Source: a bacterium (GTDB taxonomy: Bacteria > UBP15 > UBA6099 > JAJRTR01). Taken from it: a stretch of 39,713 bases of DNA. Under the pieces are notes generated by a model. It had not been told where the DNA came from. It ran no database searches and saw only the letters and a program-made list of their open reading frames with translations. Made by a program: the position numbers and the translations under genes. The number at the start of each line of letters is the position of its first letter. The stretch's first letter is position 1. Location of the stretch: NCBI GenBank assembly GCA_024278215.1, contig JAJRTR010000191.1, positions 1-39,713 of the forward strand. Direction: 5' to 3'. Below, piece by piece: positions 9,566-19,276 of the stretch.

Positions 9566-11577
9566 TATGTAACGCTCATTACGATGTCAATGAGTTCTCT
9601 GGTTTTAAGTTCTTCGATTTTGAAGTAGTCGGCGCCCAGCGCCGCGGCGAGGCGGGCGGCGAGTCCGAAATGAGTGAACGACGATGTTTCTGTGTCTACG
9701 ACAATATATTTAATGCGCGGCTCGAGGAGCATATTTCCGGCGATGCGCATGATTTCGTCCTGTGGTTTGCCGTCGCCGAGCGCCACGTTGGATTTACCGT
9801 CCGTTATTATGATACAGATGGGCCCGGCAGCAGGCTCCTTGAGCAAGTGCACTTTCATGAGCCGGAATGCTTTCTGAAGCCCGCTGGAAAGCGGTGTGCG
9901 GCCCCCCACGGGAAGCTCGCGCAGCATCTTCGCGGCCAGTTCGATAGAACTTGTTGGTTGCAGCACCACCTCCGCCTCCTGTTTCCGGAAGACCACCATA
10001 GCCACGCGATCCCGCTTCTGATATGCGTCCATAAGCAATGAGAGGATAGCGCCTTTGCTTGCCACCATGCGCGAGCGCGCACCCATCGAGCCGCTGCCGT
10101 CCACGAGAAACACCAGGAAGTTGCCGACACGTTTTTCCCGGATTTTGCCCCTTATGTCCGCTTCGTGGATGACTACGGACATGCCGTTGGCCTCGCGGTA
10201 TTTCTGGAACGGAGCGGCGGCGCGCAGCGTGGCGTCCAGCGCGATATCTCCCGACGGATTCTTCAGGCTGCTCTTAACATAACGGCCCTGTTTCCGGCTT
10301 GTGCGGGTGCGCGACCTGCGTCCCGACCCGCGCCGCACCCTGCGGTCTTTCTCATGACTGAACGGCTTGACTTTGAACGTATCACCGACATCGAAAACTT
10401 TTTCCGATGCGCAGTCCGGCGGCGCGGGCGTTTGCGTATCGCCGGATTCAGCTTCTCCGGGTTCCGGCTGCCGTGTTCCCTGTTCTTCCGGGCTGGGATC
10501 CGGAGCATTCTGTTCCCCGGGGTCGGTTTGTTGCCGTTCGTCGTGTTCATGCTCATCGTGTTCATGCTTATGCTCGTGTTCATGGTCGGGAGGCGGTGGC
10601 GGCGGAGGCGCTTCCCTGCGCCTGTGCAGAAGCGCCATGGGGGCAATTTCGAGAATATCTTCCGTGGCAACATCCGAACGTCCGTTATACGCGGCCAGTG
10701 CGCACGCGGCGCGTTCCATCACAACGTCGGCGCGATGACCGGCCACATTGTTTGCCAGGCAGATTTCCGCAATAAACTTACGGGCGGTTTCGGAAAGTGC
10801 GACACTGCCGATAAGATTGCGGGCTGCCTCGATCCTGTCGATGATTTTTTTATCCTCATCGGCAAACAGGTTCCTGAACCGTTCCGGGTCGATGTCGAAC
10901 CGTTCACGCAGTTCCATAAGCTTCACGCGGTCCCGGGGGTTCTCTTCTCCGACAACAGGAACGGCCAGTCCGAAGCGGTCCAGCAACTGCGGCCTTAGTT
11001 CGCCTTCTTCGGGATTCATGGTTCCAACGAGGATGAATTGCGACGGGTGGCGCACGGAAATGCCTTCCCGCTCGACCACAATTACCCCGTTCGACGCCGC
11101 GTCGAGGATTATGTCCACGATATGATCATCGAGCAGGTTGACCTCATCCACATAGACGATGCCGCGATGCGCCCGTGCAAGCAGGCCGGGGCGGAAGCGG
11201 CGCACACCGCTTGTTACGGCAAGGCTGAAATCCATGCTGCCGAGCACCATGTCTTCCGTGGCGTTCAGCGGCAGGTCCACCACCGCCACTTTTCTTTTCG
11301 AGGTGGGCGGAGACCCGGTGTTTTCCCCGCATAATTCACACAAACCGGCCTCGTTGCCTGGTTCGCAGGAAAAAGCACAACCCCGGACGATGTCGATCTC
11401 CGGAAGCAGGGAAGCGAGCGCGCGGACTGTCGTGGACTTGGCGGTCCCCTTTTCGCCGCGCACCAGCACGCCTCCGATGTGTGGATCGACGGCGTTAAGA
11501 ACGAGCGCCAGCTTCATGGCTTCCTGGCCGACGACGGCGCTGAATGGATAATTGATCCGACCTGCTCTCTTTAACAT
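9565..11577 (-). CDS. chlD: ChlD/BchD-like chelatase subunit (AAA+ / Pro-His linker / VWA), putative cobaltochelatase-associated
   Basis: N-terminal AAA domain as in Chl[23 protein letters not shown] linker; VWA MIDAS DGSGS, GGRTPL and ITDG. Confidence 0.9.
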   Translation of the reverse strand: MLKRAGRINYPFSAVVGQEAMKLALVLNAVDPHIGGVLVRGEKGTAKSTTVRALASLLPEIDIVRGCAFSCEPGNEAGLCELCGENTGSPPTSKRKVAVVDLPLNATEDMVLGSMDFSLAVTSGVRRFRPGLLARAHRGIVYVDEVNLLDDHIVDIILDAASNGVIVVEREGISVRHPSQFILVGTMNPEEGELRPQLLDRFGLAVPVVGEENPRDRVKLMELRERFDIDPERFRNLFADEDKKIIDRIEAARNLIGSVALSETARKFIAEICLANNVAGHRADVVMERAACALAAYNGRSDVATEDILEIAPMALLHRRREAPPPPPPPDHEHEHKHEHDEHEHDERQQTDPGEQNAPDPSPEEQGTRQPEPGEAESGDTQTPAPPDCASEKVFDVGDTFKVKPFSHEKDRRVRRGSGRRSRTRTSRKQGRYVKSSLKNPSGDIALDATLRAAAPFQKYREANGMSVVIHEADIRGKIREKRVGNFLVFLVDGSGSMGARSRMVASKGAILSLLMDAYQKRDRVAMVVFRKQEAEVVLQPTSSIELAAKMLRELPVGGRTPLSSGLQKAFRLMKVHLLKEPAAGPICIIITDGKSNVALGDGKPQDEIMRIAGNMLLEPRIKYIVVDTETSSFTHFGLAARLAAALGADYFKIEELKTRELIDIVMSVT

Positions 11578-11586
11578 AAAGGAACC

Positions 11587-12486
11587 TCATAGATAATTCT
11601 TCGCGAAACTGTACAGCGGACGTAATGAAGACGAATAATACAGCCCGTGAAAATATAAGAGATAGATCACTTTGGCGGAAACCACGGAAACGATGATTAA
11701 AACCATGATCAGAGCCGCCGCCGTCTCCGGCATATTCAGCGATTTCGGCTTTTGAACGACGCGGGAGACCGAAGGAGAGAAACCGCGGCATTCCACGGAC
11801 AGTGCCAGGAAGCCGGATTTCCTCACAAGGTTCGCAAGGAGCGGATTCATGATGTACACGGCTGTGCGGACAGGATGGATAATACCGTATTTCAGGGCCC
11901 GGAATCCTTTTATCCGCATAGCGATGAGAATGGAGTTGACCTCTTCGAGCAGGATAGGAATGAACCGGAAAGACGTAATCAGCATAAAGGCCTGGGCATA
12001 AGGAACTCTCAAGCGGAGCATGCCCGCAAGCATGTCCCGGGGTTCGGTGGTCCACACGACAAGCATGCCGAGAGTTGTCATAACGAGAAAACGCAATCCC
12101 TGGACGATTCCATATATGAAACCCTCTTTAAAGATAAACACGCCGCCGGTCAACCGACCGGGCACGTCGGTAGCGGATGGAATGATAGTAAGAATTGCCG
12201 TTCTGGGGGTTCCGGCATAGAAGACAGCCTGGCTGAACACTGTGCCCCAGAGCGCGACGGAGAGAAGGATAAAAAGCACTTTCAGCTTCCGGGTTTCGGT
12301 TCTCGCGGCGGCGTGCAGAAGCAGCGCCAGAACGGAAAATGATCCGAGAGTAACCGGCGAGTCGATGATAACAACGAGAATGGATACACAGAACAGGCCC
12401 AGCAATTTCACACGCGCGTCGAGCCGTTTCACCGGCGACGGCGCTGTGTTGACACCAAGCAATGATTTATTCATGCGCCGCTCCAT
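11587..12486 (-). CDS. ecfT: ECF transporter transmembrane component T (EcfT/CbiQ family)
   Basis: LDARVKL, TTEPRD.....LRLRVP, FRFIPILLEE, and coupling motifs MRIKG and ECRG. Confidence 0.88.
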   Translation of the reverse strand: MERRMNKSLLGVNTAPSPVKRLDARVKLLGLFCVSILVVIIDSPVTLGSFSVLALLLHAAARTETRKLKVLFILLSVALWGTVFSQAVFYAGTPRTAILTIIPSATDVPGRLTGGVFIFKEGFIYGIVQGLRFLVMTTLGMLVVWTTEPRDMLAGMLRLRVPYAQAFMLITSFRFIPILLEEVNSILIAMRIKGFRALKYGIIHPVRTAVYIMNPLLANLVRKSGFLALSVECRGFSPSVSRVVQKPKSLNMPETAAALIMVLIIVSVVSAKVIYLLYFHGLYYSSSLRPLYSFAKNYL

Positions 12487-14171
12487 ATCGAAATAAAATC
12501 ATTCACCGTGGCTACAGGCGCGTCCACCCCCATGTTCCAGGCGATTTTCATCACGTCGCAGGGAACCAGGGCGCATTCGGGGGTGAACAACGATGGAGTG
12601 AAATAGTTTTTCGGGGTGCCGTCATAATGAATACATCCTTTTTTCATAACCAGTAGCCGCGTGGCGTGGCAGACGGCGGTGGCGAGATCGTGCGTGGAAA
12701 ACAAGAGCGTTTTCCCCATGCGCTCGAAGTGGTCCATCATCTCGCTGATATTATTCCGGTCCTGCCCCATAGTGGGTTCATCCAGGAGAATGATGTCCGG
12801 GTCCGGAGTGAGAAGAGAGGCCACAGCCGTGCGCAAGCGCTGCCCCCGGCTCAGGGCGAAGCAATAGTCGTTTTTAAGAGGTTCGATCATCATGACATCC
12901 AGAGAGGACCGGACCATGACGTCCATTTTTTCCCGGGGAACACGGCTGTTGCGCAGCGGGAATCTCAGTTCCTCGATCACCGTTTCGCGGATCAACATCA
13001 GGTCTGGATTCTGGAGCAGGAATCCCGCCCGGCTTCCGAGAACGGCACCGGGTTTCGGGACGACGCCGTCATACAGCACCCGGCCGCGCCGCGGCTTCAG
13101 AAGCCCCGCGACAAGCAGCAGCAATGTGGTCTTGCCGCAGCCGTTCGCCCCCATGACGGCAACCCGTTCGCCGGGAAAGATGTCGAGACTCAGGTTTTCA
13201 AACAGTGGTTCCGTTTTGTTATAATAAAATGTAATATTCTCGATTCCGATTTTGGGTTTGTCGCGCGAGCCATGGCCGGTTGAATTGCCCGCGCACGGCT
13301 CTTTGTCCGCCGGAGGCGGCTTTATGTTTTTTACCCGCCCGTTCTCTCTGAGCAGCGGCAGGGCGTCCGAAACGTCGAGGGGTCTCTCCTTAAAACCCAT
13401 GCGGGCGAACAGTTCCGCGCTCTGAGGCACGTTGAGGCCGAGTCGATTATAAACGGACAGATCGTCGAACGCGCGGGCCGCGTCCATATCCAGAATGATC
13501 TCACCGTTTTCCATGATCACGACACGGTCCGCAAACCCGGCGACTTCGTGGACGCGGTGCTCCACCAGGATAATCGTCTTATTGTGGTCCCTCGCGAGCA
13601 GCCCGAGGGCGTCGCGCAACGCCGCCGCACCCCGTGGGTCCATCTGCGAGAAAGGCTCGTCCATGCACAGGATGTCGTGGCCCACAGCGAGCTGGCCCGC
13701 AATGACCACGCGCTGTTTCTGACCGCCGGACAACTCGTCCGTGCGCCTGTCCAGGGCTTCCGCAAGGCCCACGCTTGCAAGCGCTTCGGCGATCAGGGAT
13801 TCTGTCACGGACTCGGGCAAGCCCCTGTTTTCCGGCCCGAACGCGACTTCGTCGCGCACTATGGACGTAAATATTTGTTCGTCGGGGTTCTGAAACACGA
13901 GCCCCACTTTTTCGGTAATACTATGAATGTCCGCACGTCTTGTATCCTTCAGGTGCCCTATCTGAACACGCCCCGTCATCACGCCTCCGGATTCATGCGG
14001 GATGATCCCGCTGAGGCATTTCATGAGCGTGCTCTTTCCGCAACCTGTGGGGCCGGTAATGAGCATAACACTGCCGTCGGGCACATCCAGACTGACGTTT
14101 TTCAACGTGGGTTCCGAACGCCCGGGGTAGGTGTACGAAAGGTTTTCTATTTTCACAAAATGATGGCTCAC
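12471..14171 (-). CDS. ECF transporter duplicated ATPase (fused EcfA-A')
   Basis: Two NBDs: GPTGCGKST / FQNPDEQ / LSGGQKQR / MDEP and GANGCGKTT / LQNPD / LSRGQR / LDEP. Confidence 0.92.
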   Translation of the reverse strand: MSHHFVKIENLSYTYPGRSEPTLKNVSLDVPDGSVMLITGPTGCGKSTLMKCLSGIIPHESGGVMTGRVQIGHLKDTRRADIHSITEKVGLVFQNPDEQIFTSIVRDEVAFGPENRGLPESVTESLIAEALASVGLAEALDRRTDELSGGQKQRVVIAGQLAVGHDILCMDEPFSQMDPRGAAALRDALGLLARDHNKTIILVEHRVHEVAGFADRVVIMENGEIILDMDAARAFDDLSVYNRLGLNVPQSAELFARMGFKERPLDVSDALPLLRENGRVKNIKPPPADKEPCAGNSTGHGSRDKPKIGIENITFYYNKTEPLFENLSLDIFPGERVAVMGANGCGKTTLLLLVAGLLKPRRGRVLYDGVVPKPGAVLGSRAGFLLQNPDLMLIRETVIEELRFPLRNSRVPREKMDVMVRSSLDVMMIEPLKNDYCFALSRGQRLRTAVASLLTPDPDIILLDEPTMGQDRNNISEMMDHFERMGKTLLFSTHDLATAVCHATRLLVMKKGCIHYDGTPKNYFTPSLFTPECALVPCDVMKIAWNMGVDAPVATVNDFISIWSGA

Positions 14172-16030
14172 TCGACCACCATCCTCAGACGTTTTCCCAT
14201 GCTAAGCCCCAGAGCCGTGCCGATAACCGTGTAGAACACACCTCCGACGAGTATATTCAAAGCGATATACCAGTCCGCATAATACAGCCGGTAGAGGAAG
14301 ACCACGGACTCCATGTTGAAGAACGTAGCCACGGACTCGGACAGGGCGAACGCCACGAACAGTCCGGCGGCACCGACACCCCGCTCCGGCCCACTGCGTG
14401 TCGCACCCGCGCCCCACAACGCCGCTTCCGCCGTCAGTGCGTGCACGGCCATCCACAATATCGATACGAGCGATAGGTTCCCAAGCAGAACCCAGGACAG
14501 CAACAGCCTCACGGCCATGACGAGAGACATGGTTCCCGGTCGCGGCACGAGCATAATCAGTGAGGTCCACAATACATACTGCACCACGCCGAAAAACAGG
14601 CCCGAGGCAAGGAAACTGAACGGCCCCAGCAGAGCCCGGAACACGTCCATAAACAGTGTGCCCGGTACATTCACAAGCACGAAGCCCACGGCGCCGTACA
14701 ATGAGATCAATACAATCCAGCGGACTTTGAAACCGCTCATTATGCTCCTGAAGCGGATAAAGAAAACGAACAGAAAAGCGCCGGCGAGTACGGCCCCGGC
14801 CACGGTTGCGACAAACGGTACAATGGGATGCTTCTCCACGCGGAAATCATGTTCACAGGTGGAGAACGGCCTATCCGCTCCCATCTGCGTCAGGGACAGC
14901 AACAGCCTGTAATCCCCCTCGCGCACGGACACGGGTTCCACGTAGACCGGAAGAACGACCTTCGTCGACGCCTCCCTTTTCACGATCACTGTCGCAAAGA
15001 CTTCCCCGAGCGGATTCACGTGCGGGTCGGGAGTAAACGCTTCGACCCGCTCCCCGCTCTCCGCGTCGACGATACATGCCTTCAGCAGAACGACGGCATC
15101 TTCGCCGAGCGTGTTTTTCACAGTGACCTGGAAAAAACCGAATGGAAGTTGTCTGAAGTTCGTTTCCCGGTATTTCTCCCCGGTAAGAATGGCCCGCAGG
15201 CGTGTCACAGTCGACAGATGCAGCGTGTTTTTTGTCAGCCTTTCGTCCGGTTCTCCTTTATCGTTCGTGGGAAACGCGACTCGTGAGACACGGATGCTCT
15301 TTCCGAGAAATTCGGAGTTCACGACCCTGATCTGAATGTTGTCCGTGTGCAAAACAGCTCCGTTCTCTGAAACCGTCATACTTATATTACGGTATTCACG
15401 TGTCGGGTTCGCCGGACTTTTCACAGTCAGTGGAATGATCCTGGAGTCATACCGGTTCGCCAGGCGCAGAGCGAATGTGCATTCCACCCGCGCGCCGGCG
15501 TTCATCAGGCAACGCCCGTCTTTCCCATCGACTGGCGAAAAACCCGCCGGGAACATTATCCGGACTGATATATCTCTTGGACTGTCCATGCTGTTCGCCA
15601 CACGAACGCTCCCCGTTATTTCCGTATCGACCGGCACGGCCACCCGCTTTGTTTCCATGCCGAACGGGAATTGAAACGCATAATAATTCTCTTTCCCGTA
15701 AACAGGAGAAACGGTGTTGTACAGGATATTCCTTTCATCCGTGTGGAGGCTGATGTGATATTCAGTTTTTTCGTTCCATTCACAGTTCACTGTTATGTGG
15801 TCATTCCTGTAATCGTGCGGAAACACAGCTCTGCCCCGGCGGTTGCCCTGTTCGTCGATGATGTCGACAGACGATATGCGGGCGGCGCGGTTCAAAACGA
15901 TGTGGACCGCGCCGCGCGAAAACGACACTGACTCGATATCAGCCGTTTTTTTCGCGCACGACCCGAAACCGGCAACGATAAATGCCATAAGGAGAATAAA
16001 TGGTTTCGCCTTCCTACCCACCGGCAACAA
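14168..16030 (-). CDS. Large membrane protein: lipoprotein-like signal, ~375-aa extracytoplasmic domain and C-terminal ECF S-component-like membrane domain
   Basis: N-terminal K/R-hydrophobic-FGS-C; ~220-aa C-terminal region with about 7 hydrophobic helices including LVPRPG. Directly upstream of ecfA-A' and ecfT (ATGA overlap). Exact start uncertain. Confidence 0.7.
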   Translation of the reverse strand: MLPVGRKAKPFILLMAFIVAGFGSCAKKTADIESVSFSRGAVHIVLNRAARISSVDIIDEQGNRRGRAVFPHDYRNDHITVNCEWNEKTEYHISLHTDERNILYNTVSPVYGKENYYAFQFPFGMETKRVAVPVDTEITGSVRVANSMDSPRDISVRIMFPAGFSPVDGKDGRCLMNAGARVECTFALRLANRYDSRIIPLTVKSPANPTREYRNISMTVSENGAVLHTDNIQIRVVNSEFLGKSIRVSRVAFPTNDKGEPDERLTKNTLHLSTVTRLRAILTGEKYRETNFRQLPFGFFQVTVKNTLGEDAVVLLKACIVDAESGERVEAFTPDPHVNPLGEVFATVIVKREASTKVVLPVYVEPVSVREGDYRLLLSLTQMGADRPFSTCEHDFRVEKHPIVPFVATVAGAVLAGAFLFVFFIRFRSIMSGFKVRWIVLISLYGAVGFVLVNVPGTLFMDVFRALLGPFSFLASGLFFGVVQYVLWTSLIMLVPRPGTMSLVMAVRLLLSWVLLGNLSLVSILWMAVHALTAEAALWGAGATRSGPERGVGAAGLFVAFALSESVATFFNMESVVFLYRLYYADWYIALNILVGGVFYTVIGTALGLSMGKRLRMVVE

Positions 16031-17534
16031 ACTTCACAGGTATGATGTGCAGGTTATGCACGCCGGTGACGGTATCGTTTTCCAGCCTGATCGGCACCTC
16101 GATACCCGCGAAATAGGCTCCTTTCGGTGAGAAACGGCCCGTGACCGATATGCCCCTCAACTGGAAGTCGCCCAGCCGCGCAACCGGCTCCGTGTTTCCA
16201 GGCTGATACTTCAGGAAATAGAAACCGGACGCCTCGAGCGTATTCTCGATGTAATTGTGATTGACGAGAATTGCAGTCAGGCCCGATCCGGGAAGCGGCG
16301 ACAACCCATCGATAGCGCCGGGCGCTTTCCATTTCCAGAGTATGTCGCCGTTGCTGTTGAAGAGGAACGCCGAATTGCTGTCCGGGTGTTCCGTGGGTGG
16401 TTCCTGCGCCGCGTCGGCCACAGTTCTTTTCGCGTATGTATTCCCGGAAACCACAAACACGGCCCCATCGTCGAACACGGTACTGTATTTGCCGCCGGCG
16501 TAGATAGGGATGCCGCTTACAGTCATCAGGGTGGTTATGTCCCTGCGCCAGAGCAGCCGCAGCGCCGGGCCTTCATCGACTGCGAAAAGGTGAAGCCGCC
16601 CGTCATTTGTGGCCGCGGCCACGAACTTGCCGTTAGGAGACACGGACAGCCCGTACCACATACTCGTGTAATCCATTATCGTCGGTTCGATACGATAAGC
16701 GTCGCTCTGTTCTCCCGTGGCGGCATTAATAAGCCGGACGGTCCCGTTTTCATATTTCTCCACGGGCGCTCCTTTCCTGCGCCAGCTCGTGTTCGCCCCG
16801 ATGATGTGTTTCAGGGGCTTGGAATAGAGAGGAAACGGCATACGGGTGTCCATGGTTTCCGTTTCGGGGAATCGCCATAGTATCTTTCCGTTGCGCGGCT
16901 CAAAGGCGTAAAGCAGTGTTTTCGTCGGATAATGAACGATCCTGCCGCCATCCGGGAGTTCGAGCATGACCCGGTTCGAATGCGTGCCGACCGCGAACAG
17001 GGTGTCTTTAGACGCTGTCAGAGAATAGACGCACGCCTGGTGTGTCCAGCGGGCAGTCTCGATATTTTCCGGGCGGCCTACATCGTCGCCCACGGCATAG
17101 ACCCATTTCAGTTTCCCGGTATTCAAATCGATGGCGTAAATGTTGCCGTCCATGCTGCATTCACCGGCGTATACTGTTCTGGAGTCCGGGGATATGGCCA
17201 CGCTGCGCCCGTAACTTTCAGGAATGTTGAAAGTCCATCTCCGCTCACCGACGGCGCTGAAAAGTTTGATCGTTTCATCGAATCCGGCCACGGCAATCCA
17301 CTTCTCATCCGCAGATACGGCAAGCGCTTCGTAGTCTTTCTTGTTCCAGTCGGTGACCGAGGGAATATCCTTCAGGGCTCCCAGTCTCACTTCGATAGGC
17401 CTGTCGGGCAGCGCCGCATTTGTTTTTTGGGATGCAGCCCCCTCGCAGCCTGTGAGCACCAGCGTCGGCGCGGCTGTCAGGGCGATCAGCAACGCGGATA
17501 GAAGGAAACGCCTTGTTTTTTTATCTGTCGTCAT
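16014..17534 (-). CDS. PQQ/WD40-like beta-propeller lipoprotein
   Basis: Lipobox LTG-C after MTTDKKTRRFLL...; repeated blades (AVSADEKWIAV, AISPDSRTVY, IDLNTGKLKW, GKILWRF, VSPNGKFVA, NGDILWKW). ATG at 17534 has a GGGAG RBS. Confidence 0.85.
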   Translation of the reverse strand: MTTDKKTRRFLLSALLIALTAAPTLVLTGCEGAASQKTNAALPDRPIEVRLGALKDIPSVTDWNKKDYEALAVSADEKWIAVAGFDETIKLFSAVGERRWTFNIPESYGRSVAISPDSRTVYAGECSMDGNIYAIDLNTGKLKWVYAVGDDVGRPENIETARWTHQACVYSLTASKDTLFAVGTHSNRVMLELPDGGRIVHYPTKTLLYAFEPRNGKILWRFPETETMDTRMPFPLYSKPLKHIIGANTSWRRKGAPVEKYENGTVRLINAATGEQSDAYRIEPTIMDYTSMWYGLSVSPNGKFVAAATNDGRLHLFAVDEGPALRLLWRRDITTLMTVSGIPIYAGGKYSTVFDDGAVFVVSGNTYAKRTVADAAQEPPTEHPDSNSAFLFNSNGDILWKWKAPGAIDGLSPLPGSGLTAILVNHNYIENTLEASGFYFLKYQPGNTEPVARLGDFQLRGISVTGRFSPKGAYFAGIEVPIRLENDTVTGVHNLHIIPVKFVAGG

Positions 17535-17542
17535 ATTTGGAA

Positions 17543-18280
17543 TTACTCCCTTGCCCGCATGATGGACCTGACCGCGAACGGGAAAAGCACGGCGGCAAGG
17601 CCGAAAAGCAGCAGCAGTCGCCACATATCGAAAGGCTGCCCCAGAGCGGATGAACGAATTACAGCGGCGGCGTGCGTCAGGGGTATAACCGTCAGCATTT
17701 TCTGTACGATCCACGGCATCTTTTCCAGCGGAAAGAATGTACCGCTCAGGAACGCCATAGGAGTTATGATAAAACTGGTAAGCATACTCTGATCCGCATG
17801 AGACGAGATGGACATGGAAACCATGATCGCAATGCAGCAGAAAACCAGGGCGTTGCCGATAATCCCCAGCCAGAAAAACAACCCGGCATTCAAATATATC
17901 CCGAATGCAGCGCCGATGCCCAGGGTGATCAACACTCCGATGAGCGAACGGGTCAGTCCGTACATTATTTCGCCGATGGTGTAATTGAGCGCCGTGACCG
18001 GTGAACAGAGTATTTCGTCGAACACGCGCCAGTAGAACCGTGAAATATTTATATCCGCAGCGATGGCGTATGCGTATGTCATGCTGTTCATGGCCACGAT
18101 GCCGGGGATCAGGAACCGGATATAAGGCACTCCGTCCACTGTCATGGAACCGCCCACGCCGAACCCGAACGTGATCACATACAGGAGCGGCGACACGGAC
18201 ATAGTCAGCATCTGCTTGAACCAGCGATGTTTGAGGATGCGCATTTCACGCAAATAGACGGCAATTATCTGTTGCGACAT
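17543..18280 (-). CDS. ABC-2 type transporter permease
   Basis: 245 aa, about 6 TM. YIRFLIPGIVAM, PMAFLSGTFFPL and IPLTH motifs. Confidence 0.9.
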   Translation of the reverse strand: MSQQIIAVYLREMRILKHRWFKQMLTMSVSPLLYVITFGFGVGGSMTVDGVPYIRFLIPGIVAMNSMTYAYAIAADINISRFYWRVFDEILCSPVTALNYTIGEIMYGLTRSLIGVLITLGIGAAFGIYLNAGLFFWLGIIGNALVFCCIAIMVSMSISSHADQSMLTSFIITPMAFLSGTFFPLEKMPWIVQKMLTVIPLTHAAAVIRSSALGQPFDMWRLLLLFGLAAVLFPFAVRSIMRARE

Positions 18281-19203
18281 CAGTGCCCGTGTCCCCCCCT
18301 CTTTCTGCCGAGAGATCCGCGCGCGCGACGCTCGTGCGCCGCAGTGTCCTTCGCGCCCCGGTCGCGTTTCACTATGCCGTGGCCCGTCAGGTCGAGAAAT
18401 ACATCCTCGAGGTTTACCCGTCTCCTCGTCAGCGGACTGGGATGGGAGACGATGTGGCGGTCCGCCTCTTTCCGGGTCTTGAAAAACCGGCTTTTTATGG
18501 AGCCGTCCTCGAGATCATCGACCGCCCATTCTCCGAGAGTCGCCTTGAAGTTGTCCGGCGTATCTATACGGACGATCCTCCCTTTATCAATGAACGCCAC
18601 CCGCTCGCAAAGGAACTCGGCTTCCTCGATGTAATGCGTTGTGAGAAAAAGCGTTGTGCCGTGCGACTGGGCCGTTTTAATAAGACTCCAGACGCGGCGG
18701 CGGATAGCCGGATCGAGCCCTACCGTCGGTTCGTCGAGGAAAAGGAGTTCCGGCTCGTGGAGCAGCGCGCGACCGATCATGAGCCTACGCTTCATACCGC
18801 CGGAGTAATTCTTGATCTGCTCGTGAGCGCGGTCCGTGAGTTCGGCAAACTCGAGCATTTCGCCGATGCGACGCAGCCGCCTGTTTTTTCCCATACCGTA
18901 GAACCGCCCGTGGTTGTCAAGGTTTTCCCACGCCGTGAGATCGTTGTCCAGGTTGACATGCTGGTGCACTACGCCTATGCGGCGGCGCGTGGCCACGTCC
19001 CGGCGCAGCAGGTCGATTTCGTCGAGCTGCGCCCTGCCGCCGTCAGGAACAGCGAGCCCCGTTAGAACCTTGATGGCTGTGGTTTTTCCTGCGCCGTTGG
19101 GACCGAGAAAACCGAAAAGTTCCCCCTTGTCCACTTCGAGGCTCACGCCGTTGAGCGCCTGCGTTTTGCCGTAGGTTTTTGTCAGTCCCTCGATGCGCAG
19201 CAT
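18280..19203 (-). CDS. ABC transporter ATP-binding protein (DrrA/NodI-like exporter type)
   Basis: GPNGAGKTT, YSGGMKRRL, LFLDEPTVGLDP, TTHY and LEDVFL. Stop overlaps the permease start (TGATG). Confidence 0.9.
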   Translation of the reverse strand: MLRIEGLTKTYGKTQALNGVSLEVDKGELFGFLGPNGAGKTTAIKVLTGLAVPDGGRAQLDEIDLLRRDVATRRRIGVVHQHVNLDNDLTAWENLDNHGRFYGMGKNRRLRRIGEMLEFAELTDRAHEQIKNYSGGMKRRLMIGRALLHEPELLFLDEPTVGLDPAIRRRVWSLIKTAQSHGTTLFLTTHYIEEAEFLCERVAFIDKGRIVRIDTPDNFKATLGEWAVDDLEDGSIKSRFFKTRKEADRHIVSHPSPLTRRRVNLEDVFLDLTGHGIVKRDRGAKDTAAHERRARGSLGRKRGGHGH

Positions 19204-19230
19204 CAGTATCCACCTGCTCCTTTTCAATAT

Positions 19231-19264
19231 TGGAACCCGGACTCCTGAAGTGGTCCGGGCTCCA
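19231..19264 (-). other. Intercistronic stem-loop downstream of the TonB-dependent receptor
   Basis: Minus strand TGGAGCCCGGAC-N10-GTCCGGGTTCCA gives a 12-bp stem with one G-U pair and no U-tract. Confidence 0.55.
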
Positions 19265-19276
19265 TGCGCGTATATA

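Noticed and set aside
8525-11577. Photosynthetic Mg-chelatase (bacteriochlorophyll synthesis)
   Set aside because: No bch/chl pathway or photosystem genes in the window. The large subunit is CobN-like and the context is transport.
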